62,448 bases of DNA from NCBI GenBank assembly GCA_032718475.1, contig JAUCBJ010008909.1:1-62448 (forward strand), given 5' to 3'. The notes below the pieces were generated by a model. That model had not been told where the DNA came from. It worked only from the letters and a program-made list of their open reading frames with translations, and made no database searches. Numbering within the stretch: position 1 is the stretch's first letter; each line of letters starts with the position of its first letter. This DNA is from Nemertoderma westbladi (lineage: Eukaryota > Animalia > Xenacoelomorpha). Shown here piece by piece: positions 1 to 11,628 of the stretch. The position numbers and the translations under genes are program-made.

Positions 1-112
1 CAAATGTCATGGGTGATAGGGAGTTGTGGCGGTGCAATTTTGTTGACAAGCCGGCACAGCATTCTTAAAAATGCAGCTGCAATGCAGCATGCCGATCCTA
101 GTAGTAGTAGTA
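1..112 (+). mobile_element. 3' end of an RTE-clade LINE with (TAG)n tail, truncated by the window start
   Basis: Near-identical to the reverse complement of 6744-6850 and to 46736-46834; ends GCCGATCC(TAG)n; encodes the ...NVMGDRELWR... C-terminus seen in ORF 6782-7393. Confidence 0.85.
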
Positions 113-219
113 CTGAGAATATCACCTTCACTCACAAAGTATAGCTATTTATTGTCTATAGTACTTGTAACCTGTAGCTACGTAGTATTATTTAATTACA
201 CAATGGTGCAAACTTTACC

Positions 220-1462
220 GGCACTACTACAGTACTATAGTATGTGCACCCATAACCGGGATTTTTTTTTAGTAGCTAGTTTTTGCTAGTTTTTTTTTTA
301 ATTTCTATGTCATATTAGCTATAGTTTTGTAAAAAAAAAATGTTCTAGAACAAATATTTTTGTTCTAGAAAATTTTTAAAAATTTTTTTAATTCCTAATA
401 ATACACTTTAAAATGTTAATCAGTACTTGAATAAGTACTTTAATATATTATTCTAGAATAATTTTTAATGTTTACAGTAGTTATTTCACTTTAACCGTTT
501 TCATTAAATAAATTAGGGTGCAATTAAATTAGCACAATCGTATGGACTTTTGCCAACCGGTAATGACAAATATTTATTTGAACTGTAACCATAGCAACAA
601 TAACATAATTTCTGGAATTATTTAATAAAATTAGATTGCGTAGTTGTAATGGAAATATAAAAGAATAGTTTAATTAAAAAAATTTATTTTTTTAATAATA
701 GCTAACTTGGGAAATCACTAGCCAGCTAGCTAGCCTGATAATTTGTATTTTTTAATGTTTATAGATAAATAAACTATTTATTACACATAATAACTAATTT
801 TTAATAAATTTTTATTTTTAAATGTTCTAGAACAAAAAATATTTGTTCTAGAACATAATTTTTTTCCTAACAATAGCTAACATAAAATAGAATAGTTCTA
901 AAAAAAAGTGGCAAAAACTAGCTATAGTAAAAAAAATATGGTCATAGGTACACATACTGTAGTAGTGCCCTTTTTTTTAAATGTTCTATGTCATATTAGC
1001 TATACTTTGGTATAAAAAAATGTTCTAGAATAAATGTTTTTTGTTCTAAAACATTTAAAAAAAATAAATTTATTAGAAATTATTTGTTATGCGTAATAAA
1101 TTGTTTAATTATCTATAAACATTAAAATGAGATTGCAATTGTAAAGGAAATATAAAAGGAAAGTATAATTTGGAAAAAAAATGTTTTTTTTAAATAATAG
1201 CTAACTTGCAAAATCACTAGCTAGCCTGAAAATTAGTAGCTATTAATGTTTATAGATATAAATAAACAATTTTACACATAACAAATAATTTCTAATAAAT
1301 TTATTTTAAAAAAATGTTCTAGAACAAAAAATATTTGTTCTAGAACATAATTTTTTTACCTAACAATAAGCTCACATGAAATAGAATAGTTCCAAAAACA
1401 GTAGCAAAAACTAGCTATAGTAAAAAAAATATTGTCATGGATACACATACTGTAGTAGTGCC
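220..1462. mobile_element. Non-autonomous TIR element (Mutator-like MITE/foldback) with 9-bp TSD
   Basis: Left end GGCACTACTACAGTA (220) is the inverse of right end TACTGTAGTAGTGCC (1462); flanked by direct repeat AACTTTACC at 211-219 and 1463-1471; long imperfect inverted arms; a second copy of the right end lies near 830-969. Confidence 0.75.
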
Positions 1463-1889
1463 AACTTTACCACATTATTTACAAAAATAAGAACGAATTT
1501 GTCTTATCACTTCTTGTGCGCGATTGTATTGAATTCATGACAACTGCTGTTATTATTATTAATCAATTGACACCTACCTCGACTCCTCTCTGAGACTCCG
1601 ACTACTCTATCCGATAGAATAAAATAATCATTTCGCTAACTGCTCTCTATCTTCTATAATCACAACAGCTTTTATAATTCATTAGATGATTACAACATAA
1701 TAATTACATAATAATTATAGTTTGAAATTGTCTAGAAAATTTCTCGTACACCACCGGGACTACCCGGAAGACTGGAGAGGGGTGAATTTTTATTGCGTCC
1801 AGTTCCCCCCCCCCTTATGTGTTGAAGTTGTCTAGATAATTGCTCGTACACCACCGGGACTACGTTCACACTAATTATGTACTGCCTCT

Positions 1890-1926
1890 TACGGCCTGCT
1901 TCTCGCGCCGCTAGGCCCGTCTCTAG
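1890..1926 (+). mobile_element. Possible Helitron 3' terminus
   Basis: GC-rich hairpin (GGCCT...AGGCC) followed a few nt later by CTAG then T; no 5' end identified. Confidence 0.3.
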
Positions 1927-2422
1927 TTACACAACCGGTGCAAATTTAACCACAAATTTGCGATAACTTAGTTACGATAAACTTTTATTAATTCAAAGGG
2001 AATATTTTAAAGAAAACAAAATCTTTTACAAAAAGGAAGTATTATTTGTCCTCCTTGTAATTAATCCGCATTTCCCCGAAAAGCATTTTTTCCACGAACT
2101 TGGAAAAAATATGATTTAGGTCGTACAAATTAATGTTACTTTATTTGGGTGTCAAAAATAGTTATTTTTTAATAAAATAACATATATCAGGCTATTAGTG
2201 GTAGTATATCACATCTATTCTAGTATATCTAATCGCCGTATTGAATTTATATCAGTTCAACTTTTTACCCAAGTGGACCTGTAAATATACAAAGTCATAA
2301 TTAAATTTCACAAAGGGGTGAGGGGGGGGGGGGGGGGGGGGTAGTTTTATTTAAAAAATAACATGTTTTACAACGACCGAAGTGACTTTCTTAAAGGCAG
2401 GAATCGCTTTGGAAACTGTTCT

Positions 2423-3367
2423 AAAGTCGACACCCGGAGGATAAAGTTGTCACCCAGTGCATAAAGTCGAGACCCGGTGCATAAAGTTGTCACCCAGTGC
2501 ATAAAGTCGACAACCGGCACATAAAGTTGTTACCCAGTATATAAAAAGTCGAGACCCGGTCGCATAAAGTTGTCACCCAGTGCATAAAGTCGACAACCGG
2601 TGCATAAAGTTGTCACCCAGTGCATAAAGTCGAGACCCGGTGCATAAAGTTGTTACCCAGTGCATAAAGTCGACAACCGGTGCATAAAGTTGTCACCCAG
2701 TGCATAAAAAGTCGAGACCCGGTGCATAAAGTTGTCACCCAGTGCATAAAGTCGACAACCGGCACATAAAGTTGTCACCCAGTGCATAAAGTCGAGACCC
2801 GGTGCATAAAGTTGTCACCCAGTGCATAAAGTCGACAACCGGTGCATAAAGTTGTCACCCAGTGCATAAAGTCGAGACCCGGTGCATAAAGTTGTTACCC
2901 AGTGCATAAAGTCGACAACCGGTGCATAAAGTTGTCACCCAGTGCATAAAAAGTCGAGACCCGGTGCATAAAGTTGTCACCCAGTGCATAAAGTCGACAA
3001 CCGGCACATAAAGTTGTCACCCAGTGCATAAAAAGTCGAGACTCGGTGCATAAAGTTGTCACCCAGTGCATAAAAAGTCGAGACCCGGTGCATAAAGTTG
3101 TCACCCAGTGCATAAAGTCGACAACCGGCACATAAAGTTGTCACCCAGTGCATAAAAAGTCGAGACTCGGTGCATAAAGTTGTCACCCAGTGCATAAAAA
3201 GTCGAGACTCGGTGCATAAAGTTGTCACCCAGTGCATAAAAAGTCGAGACCCGGTGCATAAAGTTGTCACCCAGTGCATAAAGTCGACAACCGGCACATA
3301 AAGTTGTCACCCAGTGCATAAAGTCGACAACCGGTGCATAAAGTCGACAACCGGTGCATAGAGTTGT
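2423..3367. repeat. Minisatellite, 40-42 bp unit made of two related 20-mers, about 23 units
   Basis: Alternating GCATAAAGTCGA(G/C)A(C/A)CCGGT and GCATAAAGTTGTCACCCAGT. Confidence 0.95.
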
Positions 3368-3559
3368 ACTAAAAACAATTGTACTTGCATCAACGATATA
3401 TAATTTATTGCAGCGAAAAAAAAACCGACTGAACTGAGTAAAAAGTAATGTTGGAAGTTTCGAATAAGATTTAGTAAAATTATGAAAGTTAATTATTACA
3501 AACAAATAGAAATACTACAATAATGAAGCACAAATTATAAAAAGCATCTCAGAATAGAG

Positions 3560-3780
3560 ACAAATTACAAAGGGGGCGGGGGAATAAGAGTTATAAGGGG
3601 GAGGGGAGATGGGATAGGGGGAGCGGGGAACGCAAGTGGAGGAGCCTAGGAGACGAGGTCCAACAGACCCTCGTCCGTGGACCTAATCGATCCTAAGATC
3701 GAAGCGGCATTGCCGATCTGAATGGCAATGAGGAGCCTCTGTAGGAGGAATCGGTGCGACCGCGGCTCGTTGGTGACACG
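3560..3780 (-). mobile_element. 5'-truncated 3' fragment of a CRE-clade (restriction-like endonuclease) non-LTR retrotransposon
   Basis: Minus strand 3780-3646 translates RVTNEPRSHRFLLQRLLIAIQIGNAASILGSIRSTDEGLLDLVS*, matching the FLxQRLSxAIQRGNAAxILG C-terminal motif of CRE-like elements; followed by a C-rich 3' UTR. Confidence 0.65.
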
Positions 3781-4084
3781 TAATTCGTAAAATTATTAAA
3801 CAAGTTTGTTATAAAACTATAGACATGGATTGGATATTACAAGATATCATATTACAGATATTATATAGGAATCATTTAGAGCTGTTAAATTAAACAGGCC
3901 GCCCCATTCTGAGACTAACAGAAACTCTATTAAATATAATATATTACTAAAAATAGTGTTTATAATTTAATTGTTTTACTCATAAAATTATAATTTAATT
4001 GTTTTACTCATAAAATTATAACAGTAAAATAAAGTTATTTAAGTAATATTAACTACAAGACTGCTTAACTACATTACTACACGT

Positions 4085-5332
4085 TTATCTTCTACCACGA
4101 AACTTAGTAGCGCATAAATGAGAACAGAAAACAAAAGAAACCGAAGTATTTGTATCGCCGTAAACCGTATCGGAAATCCGTCGCAAATCGAAACTCGAAG
4201 GCTGACAGACACGCCGGAAGAAACACGACTTCCGGCAGACATGGCAGGGGACCGAGAACCGTATATACTCACCGAGTACCTGCGGTAGACATTGGCTGGG
4301 TAAAAGGGTCCAATGTTTAATAAGTGCGCGCGCGCTAAGGTCTAACAAACTGTCGCACTCGCTACTGAGAGAAACCTCCGAGTTGGAGGGAGTGGGGGAA
4401 CCGGTAGGGAAGATGTTGCGCGAGAAATCGACAAACTGCAACCACATAGTCGATAAACATTGCGGTAAACACGCGATCTTATTACCCGAAGCGGTTAACC
4501 GTTTCAACGAGGACAACCTGTTTATATTAGACGGTAAGGAATCTAGTAGGTTTCCACTAACGTCCAGCGTATGTAAGTTACGAAACTCGCAAAGAGAGTT
4601 AGTGAGACGAGTCAACTTATTGTTATTTAGAACTAAAGTGCGAAGAGTGGATGTTAAATTACCTGAGACCCAACCTATAGGGGGGAATTCCGATAGTAAG
4701 TTGTTAGAAAGATCTAACGAGGATAGAGATAGATTCCCAGACTCGCACGGAAGAGTTTCCAGTTGGTTGTGAGATAAATTTAGCGTTTTGAGTGCTGATA
4801 ACCGGACGATTGAAGTGTCTAGACGACGTAAACCGACGGTGTTTATGTGGAGGTGTTCTAGGGATGTTGGGAACCCTTTACTGGGGAACTCCTTCCTCGA
4901 GGTCACTACCAACCGTTTCTGTAACTTCGCGAGCGGTCTGGAATCCCCAAGGAGTGGGATATTCTCACAAAGAGAGCCCGATTCTTGGCGTTTACCGTTT
5001 CCGGAAGTAACTAACGTTCGGAGAATAATTAATAAGTTCTTTAAATCGTTTGCAGCGCATCGCGATAGGCAGATATCTAATTGCGGTTCTCTCAGACGGA
5101 TGGTACATTTACCCTCGTCGGCGAATCTCTTAAAGACGCGCGCGATGTTGGAGTTGGCTTTATATTTCGCGGGCTGTTTGGCTTGGGCCGTGGATACTAT
5201 TATATAGGTGTTGGAATCACCGCTAGTCGAATGTTTGCCGACAGATACACAGCCGTGGGCTGACCGCTTCTGTGGTATATTTTGGTTGCTAAGCAGAGGA
5301 TTTACAATACGAATGTCGCAATTTAATCGCAT
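4085..5332 (-). CDS. LRR1: Leucine-rich repeat protein 1 (CRL2 substrate receptor that unloads the CMG helicase), single exon, 415 aa
   Basis: N-terminal PH-like domain (MRLNCDIRIV...RFADEGKCTIRLREPQLDICLS) resembling vertebrate LRR1; about 7 LRRs (LKTLNLSHNQL, LSSLDLSNNLL, LRTLVLNNNKL, LHTLDVSGNLL); BC-box (SLLDLSARAL); Cys-rich C-terminus; expected length. Confidence 0.9.
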   Translation of the reverse strand: MRLNCDIRIVNPLLSNQNIPQKRSAHGCVSVGKHSTSGDSNTYIIVSTAQAKQPAKYKANSNIARVFKRFADEGKCTIRLREPQLDICLSRCAANDLKNLLIILRTLVTSGNGKRQESGSLCENIPLLGDSRPLAKLQKRLVVTSRKEFPSKGFPTSLEHLHINTVGLRRLDTSIVRLSALKTLNLSHNQLETLPCESGNLSLSSLDLSNNLLSEFPPIGWVSGNLTSTLRTLVLNNNKLTRLTNSLCEFRNLHTLDVSGNLLDSLPSNINRLSSLKRLTASGNKIACLPQCLSTMWLQFVDFSRNIFPTGSPTPSNSEVSLSSECDSLLDLSARALIKHWTLLPSQCLPQVLGEYIRFSVPCHVCRKSCFFRRVCQPSSFDLRRISDTVYGDTNTSVSFVFCSHLCATKFRGRR

Positions 5333-6743
5333 CGTTATTTGTTGGCTGTTAATAAATATTTATTAAATACCGGCAAGTGAACAAAATTTTGCAATTAAAA
5401 TCATTTAATTTATGTTTTTTTTGTATAATAAATGAAAGTAAATATCCCATAAATAAACTATGATGTGAAATAATAGGATAATCGAAGATAAATATATATA
5501 CCGGTAGTACCAGAGGTCATAACATAATACATACATAGGGTGTCTAGTTCGAGGTGGTTACTTTTGGATCTTTGGCACACAATCTCGGTGAACACTAATT
5601 GTGAGGCTTATAAATCTAAAATTGTTACTGTCAAATTGAATGAAGAAGAGAATGAATTGAATGAGATGCTACGATACTTTACTAATAAGATTTTAAGTAA
5701 AAAACTAATTTAGAATATTAATATTTACCGGTATAGTTTATTGACCGGTAGTCGCTTTTATTCAATGGTTTTCGAAAGCATTGACATCATATTTACACTT
5801 TCGCCACAATCAAAATTCATCCATTGTCTCCATAATAATAAGGGAGTCAAGGACTATATTAATGCACCATTTTCACTTGTCTCATTTCTACACATTAAAA
5901 TGCTATCATTTCGGTGGGTAGCATTTTCACTTCGCACAAAAATGGAAACCACAATTTTAGTAAAGGCACAACAGAATATAAACAATACTAGCACAGGCCT
6001 AGTATAATTCTAAAGCATCAGTTGTTTACATATTTGTTGATCGATGCACAACTTTTTGTTTCCAGTTTCATAAATAATAAAGAAACTTAAGTACCGTATG
6101 TTCCAGAATATTGGGTTTGTTTACTTAAAATGCCTGTAAAAATGAGGTAAGTTCCAAGTGAAATGCTGATTTAATTCCCAACTTAATACTTATTTTAGCG
6201 CAAACAGAAAAATTAAAAAACTGTTTTGATATACAGAAAGCCTAAATCCAATGCTATGCCGATCCCATGGAACTCAAAAGAGACCATTTAAATAACATTT
6301 TTCTTCACTAAATTCAGAAGTTTGTGTGCAAAGAGCCAAATTTACCAATGAAACGTTACGTAATTAATAACTTATTTAATAATGTTGTGACTTGCGGCTC
6401 TTTCAGAACCCGGTGGTCTAGTAGTTAGTTACCGGTATATAGTAAGTTCATTATCAGCAGATAGGCCTAACTAGAAAACGGCTCCTCTGATTGGAATTTA
6501 TAGGTGTGGGATCATTTTCCAAATTATAAAAACTAAGCCTGTTGCTGTGACCTTTAAGAGTTGCCAAAGAGCCAAAATAATCACCGCAAATTAGGCTTAC
6601 AAAACATGAATGTATCCAGAGTGTCAGCGGCAAGTACTATCCTGCTATCTGACTACTGGACTGTTTGTTTTTAATTGAAATCTCATAGACTACCGTACCG
6701 CTGTATTGGTACCGGACCGGTAATTATCTATTTTTTCAGTCTT

Positions 6744-8316
6744 TACTACTAGGATCGGCATGCTGCATTGCAGCTGCATTTTTAAGAATGCTGTGCCGGC
6801 TTGTCGACAAAATTGCGCCGCCACAACTCCCTATCACCCATGACATTTGCTAGATCATCCGCATCTTCAAGGCCAGTGTCCTTTAAGATTAAGATGCGTC
6901 TCAAGAAAGTCATGGGCTGTCCACCATGCTTATTCACTCCATGAGGCTGCCAAAGTACAAGATTATGCACTGGCTGGTCCTCACGGCAAAAGCAATGTCC
7001 TGCAAAGCGGAGGCGATTTTGTTCTAGTGTGAAGCTTGGGGGAACCAATGAGATACCTCCAATGTTATATAGTGTCTGGTTGGAGATGTGTGCATTGTAC
7101 TTGACACAATGAACCCGGCGTAGCATTCTTGTGAATGTGCCATCCAGAGATTTGGTGTCCTCAGCAGTTAGAGCACAGCATGGACTCCCATAGAGGAGTA
7201 CTGGAACTACTGCTGCTCTAAATAATCGGACCTTAAGTTTCCGATTAATTATCGGTGACTTCCAAATCCTGGAAAGCCTATTCAAGGCTGCCCATGCCGT
7301 TCCCTTACGTATTCGAAGGTCCTCACCTGACTTCCGGCTCCACAATCCCGGTAACAGAAGTCGTCCACATGCTGACATGCTCAAGATAACCATCCTTTGA
7401 GCTTATGCTCATCCGATCAGAGACTTGCTGAGGACTTTCAAAGTTAACTGTCAAAATTTTGGTCTTTCTGGAGTTAATAAAAAGACCAACACTAGAAGCA
7501 GCATGTTCTAATGAGCTGAGGAGCCGTTGGGCTCCCTCTAGTGATTTTGAGAGTACTCCTAAGTCATCAGCAAAGTCTAGATCAGTTAGGTACTTGGCAG
7601 GATTTCCTCGACCTCTGGAGCCAGTAGGTGGAGTTATCATCACCCCATCATCATTATGATGATCTAAGGACATGCGTAGAACATAGTTAACCACAATTAT
7701 GAACAAGAATGGTGCAAGTGTGTCTCCCTGGAGGACGCCCCATAACACTTCAAATGGTTCTGTGTCACCGTCAACATTAGACACAAATGTTGTCGAACTA
7801 TCGAATACTGATTTGATTGCTGCAATAATTTCATCAGGAATCCCATATAATCTATAATGAAAGTATGCTGAACATACGTGAGCGAGAGACTGAATCGAAG
7901 GCCTTGAAGAAGTCAACAAAGATAACAGCCAGATGCCTGTCTTTCTTTTTTGATAACTCTTCAATTATCCTTCTAAGTGCCAAAATGGGCTCCATGGTCC
8001 CACGACCTTTACGGAACCCATTCTGATTTCCACGGAGCAGTCTCTCAATGGGATCCCTGATGCGATTTAATAGAATTCTATTGTATAGCTTTGCAGCAAT
8101 CGAGATCAATGAGATTCCCCGAAAAGAACCATAGAGTGTTAGGTTGCCCTTCTTGGGAACTGGCACCAACTTATTTTTTTTCATTTCTTGTGGGACTCTT
8201 GTTGTTCGGTACATGTTTGTTTACTATGATGGGATAGATGAGCTTTAAACACTCGGGTATTTTGAAGACCTCGAACACCATCTACTCCACTGGCACGATT
8301 GGTCTTAATGCTCTTT
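6744..8316 (-). mobile_element. 5'-truncated, frameshifted RTE-clade LINE (RT domain to 3' tail)
   Basis: Three overlapping ORFs (7852-8214, 7323-7964, 6782-7393) carry RT motifs FRGISLISIAAKLYN, QNGFRKGRG, DFFKAFDSV, GVLQGDTLAPFLF, DLDFADD and the RTE C-terminus RLRFAGHC; (TAG)n tail at 6744-6752. Confidence 0.92.
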
Positions 8317-8400
8317 CAGACTTTAATTTAAATTAAATGTCCTATTTCGCGTTCAGGCAGTCTGACAGTATACTGGTATATATATATTCCAGTACCGGTA

Positions 8401-9262
8401 CCGTCAACCGGGGTGACTTTGATAATCGAGACCATTAGGCAGTTAGATGAATTTGTTGTCTCAAACTCATCCTACGTTAATTGGTTATATTCTGGCGGGA
8501 TTTTTTAACGTATTTGGAAACCTGTTATTTCTGAAGTCATTTTAGTGATTTGAAGCCCAGTAAATGCTATAGGTGACATAGTACAGTATGATTTACCTAC
8601 TGAAGGTGTATTTTTTTTAAATAATCACTTTTTTGAAAACGTTTATTAAATAATTTGCCATAGTTAGATGCTACTGATCGATTTTTGTTTGCGAGATCCT
8701 ATTTGGTAGGCCTATATACCCTTATGAATTTTAGCCCGAAAAAATAAATTTTCAAAAATGTATGGATTGCATTGCAGTATACCAAAATGTAGATTTTTTT
8801 ATGGAGAATTCAAACATACCTATCAAAGTCACCCCTGCCCTGACTGCCTGAGTAAACTGTAGTGATTAGGCCTACCTACCTACAATACAACGATCTCCAG
8901 AAGGATAGGCCTACCAAACAGCCAAAGTATCAAACTAGCCCCAATAGGTGGGGCGAGTTCGATAATCATTTGGCTGTTTGGGTGGGAAACTGGGAATATC
9001 TCAGAATCAATAACTGAATAACCTCAATGGTTTCGTACATGTAATTAATATAAAAGTACCGGTAGCCAAATAGTGTTTTGATAATCCTTTTTACCTAAAT
9101 TTTATCCTTTATTTATTAATATTATTAATAATTATAAATTATATTTTTATCCTAAATTACAAGCCATTGTAATTTGCAAGGTGTTAATGTAAATGGTAAA
9201 GACAATGCAAATAAAATTACGAAAGAATGCAAAAAACTATCGAAGTCACCCCAGTTCACACG
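8401..9262. mobile_element. pogo/Tc1-mariner-like MITE
   Basis: Left end TA|CCGTCAACCGGGGTGACTTTGATA; imperfect inverse TATCGAAGTCACCCCAGTTCAC at 9238-9259; internal copies of the same motif near 8821, 8928 and 8950; no ORF. Confidence 0.6.
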
Positions 9263-9580
9263 ATCAGACGATAGTCTGATCGGTCTGACCGGTACTCGGT
9301 CGGTAACTGGGTAAGCCTACTAAAAGTAGGCCTACCGACCGAGTACCTGTAGTCCTACCTACTCTATCGTAGTACGCCCTACTCCAGTACTCCTACTATA
9401 GTACATAAAATCTACCGGTACATGACACATCCATTATAAGGAATATGATATGAACGTCAAACTGTCAAAGGTCAAATACCAACAATCTTATCCAATGCTG
9501 TTGCTCTGACGCAGCTGTTATCCACAGCACCACAGGGCTACAATACAAGGCTGCAAGGGGTAGGGCTAGGCCTAGCACAG

Positions 9581-9982
9581 TTACCTATTGGCACCACCGA
9601 GACATTTAGGAGTTTCACCAACCACAGATGATTGTTCCCATTGTTCCGGAGTTTTTGCTGTTATAGACAACGCATGTATGTGACTCGCAAGTTCATCCTT
9701 TAGAATTTCATTGACCATTCGATGACGCTCGATAAGTTTTACAGACTCAAACTGAGACGATATAATCACAACTTTGAAATGTTTCTCTGAGTTTCGTGCC
9801 ACATTGTGTTTGTGACTCTCATTTATTACTTCTAACAAGTGTAAAGGTCCAAGCGACTTTTCTAATTTGCTATAAATAGCTGACTCTATAGGCCGCTGCG
9901 ACGCATTGAATGCCATATTTCTTGTACTGTTACCGGTAGGTATTGTGTATCGGTACCGGTAAGCTAGAAGGAAGGACATCAT
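9581..9982 (-). CDS. BOLA1: BolA-like protein 1 (mitochondrial Fe-S/Grx5 partner); start codon uncertain (ATG at 10042, 9982, 9979 or 9916)
   Basis: LEVINESHKHNV...SEKHFKVVIISSQF...LIERHRMVNEILKDEL...IHALSITAKTPEQW...PKCLGG are hallmark BolA1 motifs; Arg/Ser/Thr-rich N-terminus without acidic residues fits a mitochondrial presequence. Confidence 0.88.
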   Translation of the reverse strand: MMSFLLAYRYRYTIPTGNSTRNMAFNASQRPIESAIYSKLEKSLGPLHLLEVINESHKHNVARNSEKHFKVVIISSQFESVKLIERHRMVNEILKDELASHIHALSITAKTPEQWEQSSVVGETPKCLGGANR

Positions 9983-11199
9983 ACCACACACCGGATGTAA
10001 GGAGTTAGGCCTCTTCAAATCATATCCAATAAAATTATACATACATACTGTTGTGGAAAACAAAATTGTCAATTGTTTTTAGTTTAGCTATATTGAAAAA
10101 GCGGATTTTGTAATTATAGCGGAAGTCCGATATGGTGACGACCCCCATTCAGGCTGATTTATATAACTTTTAATATATATATATATTTTTTTAATTTAAT
10201 GACTTTTAATAATTAATTTTAACTTAATTTTAACACACAACGCTTTGTTGTAATAAAGAATATATAATTGTCAAAAGCGGATTTTATATACCCAGATGCT
10301 TTTCGTACCTACAGTACTATCAGTGTTTAGATTTAAACATGTTATTTTGTTATCGTTTTTATATACTGTAGGCCGTGGGGGATAGCAGTAAGTGGCAATT
10401 TACTTTTTAAAACATTTTTTTTATAATATGTCTAGAATAAGTAAATGAAAAGTACTAATAATAAAGTGTTAACGCCCTATTCTCAGTTGGCTTGCTTAAC
10501 ATTTGGTTTTACACACCTGATCATTTATCACTGCACATGCAGCACTGAACAAAGAAAATAAATCCAATTACCCACTGTATACGAGTTTGAAGCATCGTAG
10601 TTAAAAAACCCAATGTGCTTCCCAAGATATTAATTTAGAATAGGAAATTTATTCATCACGGGTTTCACATTCACTGTAGATATCATTCAGTCACAATATT
10701 ATTGGGTAATGCCTGATAGTTTGGGGTCAACCCACGAATACTCCCAAGACTGAGCAGCACTTTTTGTATAAAAGGAACCCACATTGTGTGACATTTAGTC
10801 ATTTGATTGATCTTTTTTATCTGAGTAAGAGATTAATGCTCGTCATTTTTTCTCGATTGCTTCAGTAGACGGTCACGGGGTTAGAGGTCATTTTATGTTG
10901 TTATTTTTCACAAAAATTAGATTAAGGAGCACTCCATGTCCCACCGGATAATAAAGTCCTTCTTCCCCGGATCCCAAGCTCAGACACAGAGGTTTGTTAA
11001 TGCTTTTACCGGTAATTGGTTTATTCATTTATTGGAAGAGTTTTCTGTATATATTCACGTATCAGCACTACCAGGAACGAATAAAAGTTGAAATATTTAC
11101 TTAATAACATATTTTAACAAGTCCGTGTCCCGTTATATACTGCATAGATACTCACTCGATAGATCCCGATAGTTTTTGTTTGGAAAAGTTCTAGCAGCG

Positions 11200-11628
11200 A
11201 TAGACTGCGCCAAAATCCTATCACAACCGCCGAAGAGCAAGTTAATAAGTGGAAATCTGTACTTTGGAGCAGATTACAGTAAAATATCGTCTGTTTCAAA
11301 GTTACTAAATTACACCCACCGTTTCATCCTATGCCACTTCTCAAGTTCTGGAAGATTGGCTAAGAAGTTTCATAAGGTGGATCTGATTGTGTGCTATTCA
11401 ACAACTAGTGATGCCCCAGTAGAGGATGTCGATCATTTCTACCACAATCTACAAGCAGCTACTGATGGAGTGGATCAGCATGCATTGTTTATCCCTCCTG
11501 GTTGACTAATGCCGGTCTCATCCATCGCTCCTCAACTTTGCGTTCGCCATGGCCCCTCAGCAATAGTGTCAACCAAAATTCAGTACATCCTAAGGATTTC
11601 ATCTCTGAAACTGGATTGTTTTTGGCAG
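11200..11628 (+). pseudogene. Decayed RTE-type LINE AP-endonuclease domain, 5' part
   Basis: RFILCHF...LIVCYSTTSDAPVEDVDHFYHNLQ...HALFIPPG, then a frameshifted GDxNA and NQNSVHPKDFISETGLFLAG; follows the RTE APE pattern xYAPT...FY..LQ...GDFNA...N.NG..L.DF....L. Confidence 0.7.

Noticed and set aside
4383-5263. Plus-strand ORFs overlapping LRR1
   Set aside because: Antisense shadows of a genuine coding sequence.
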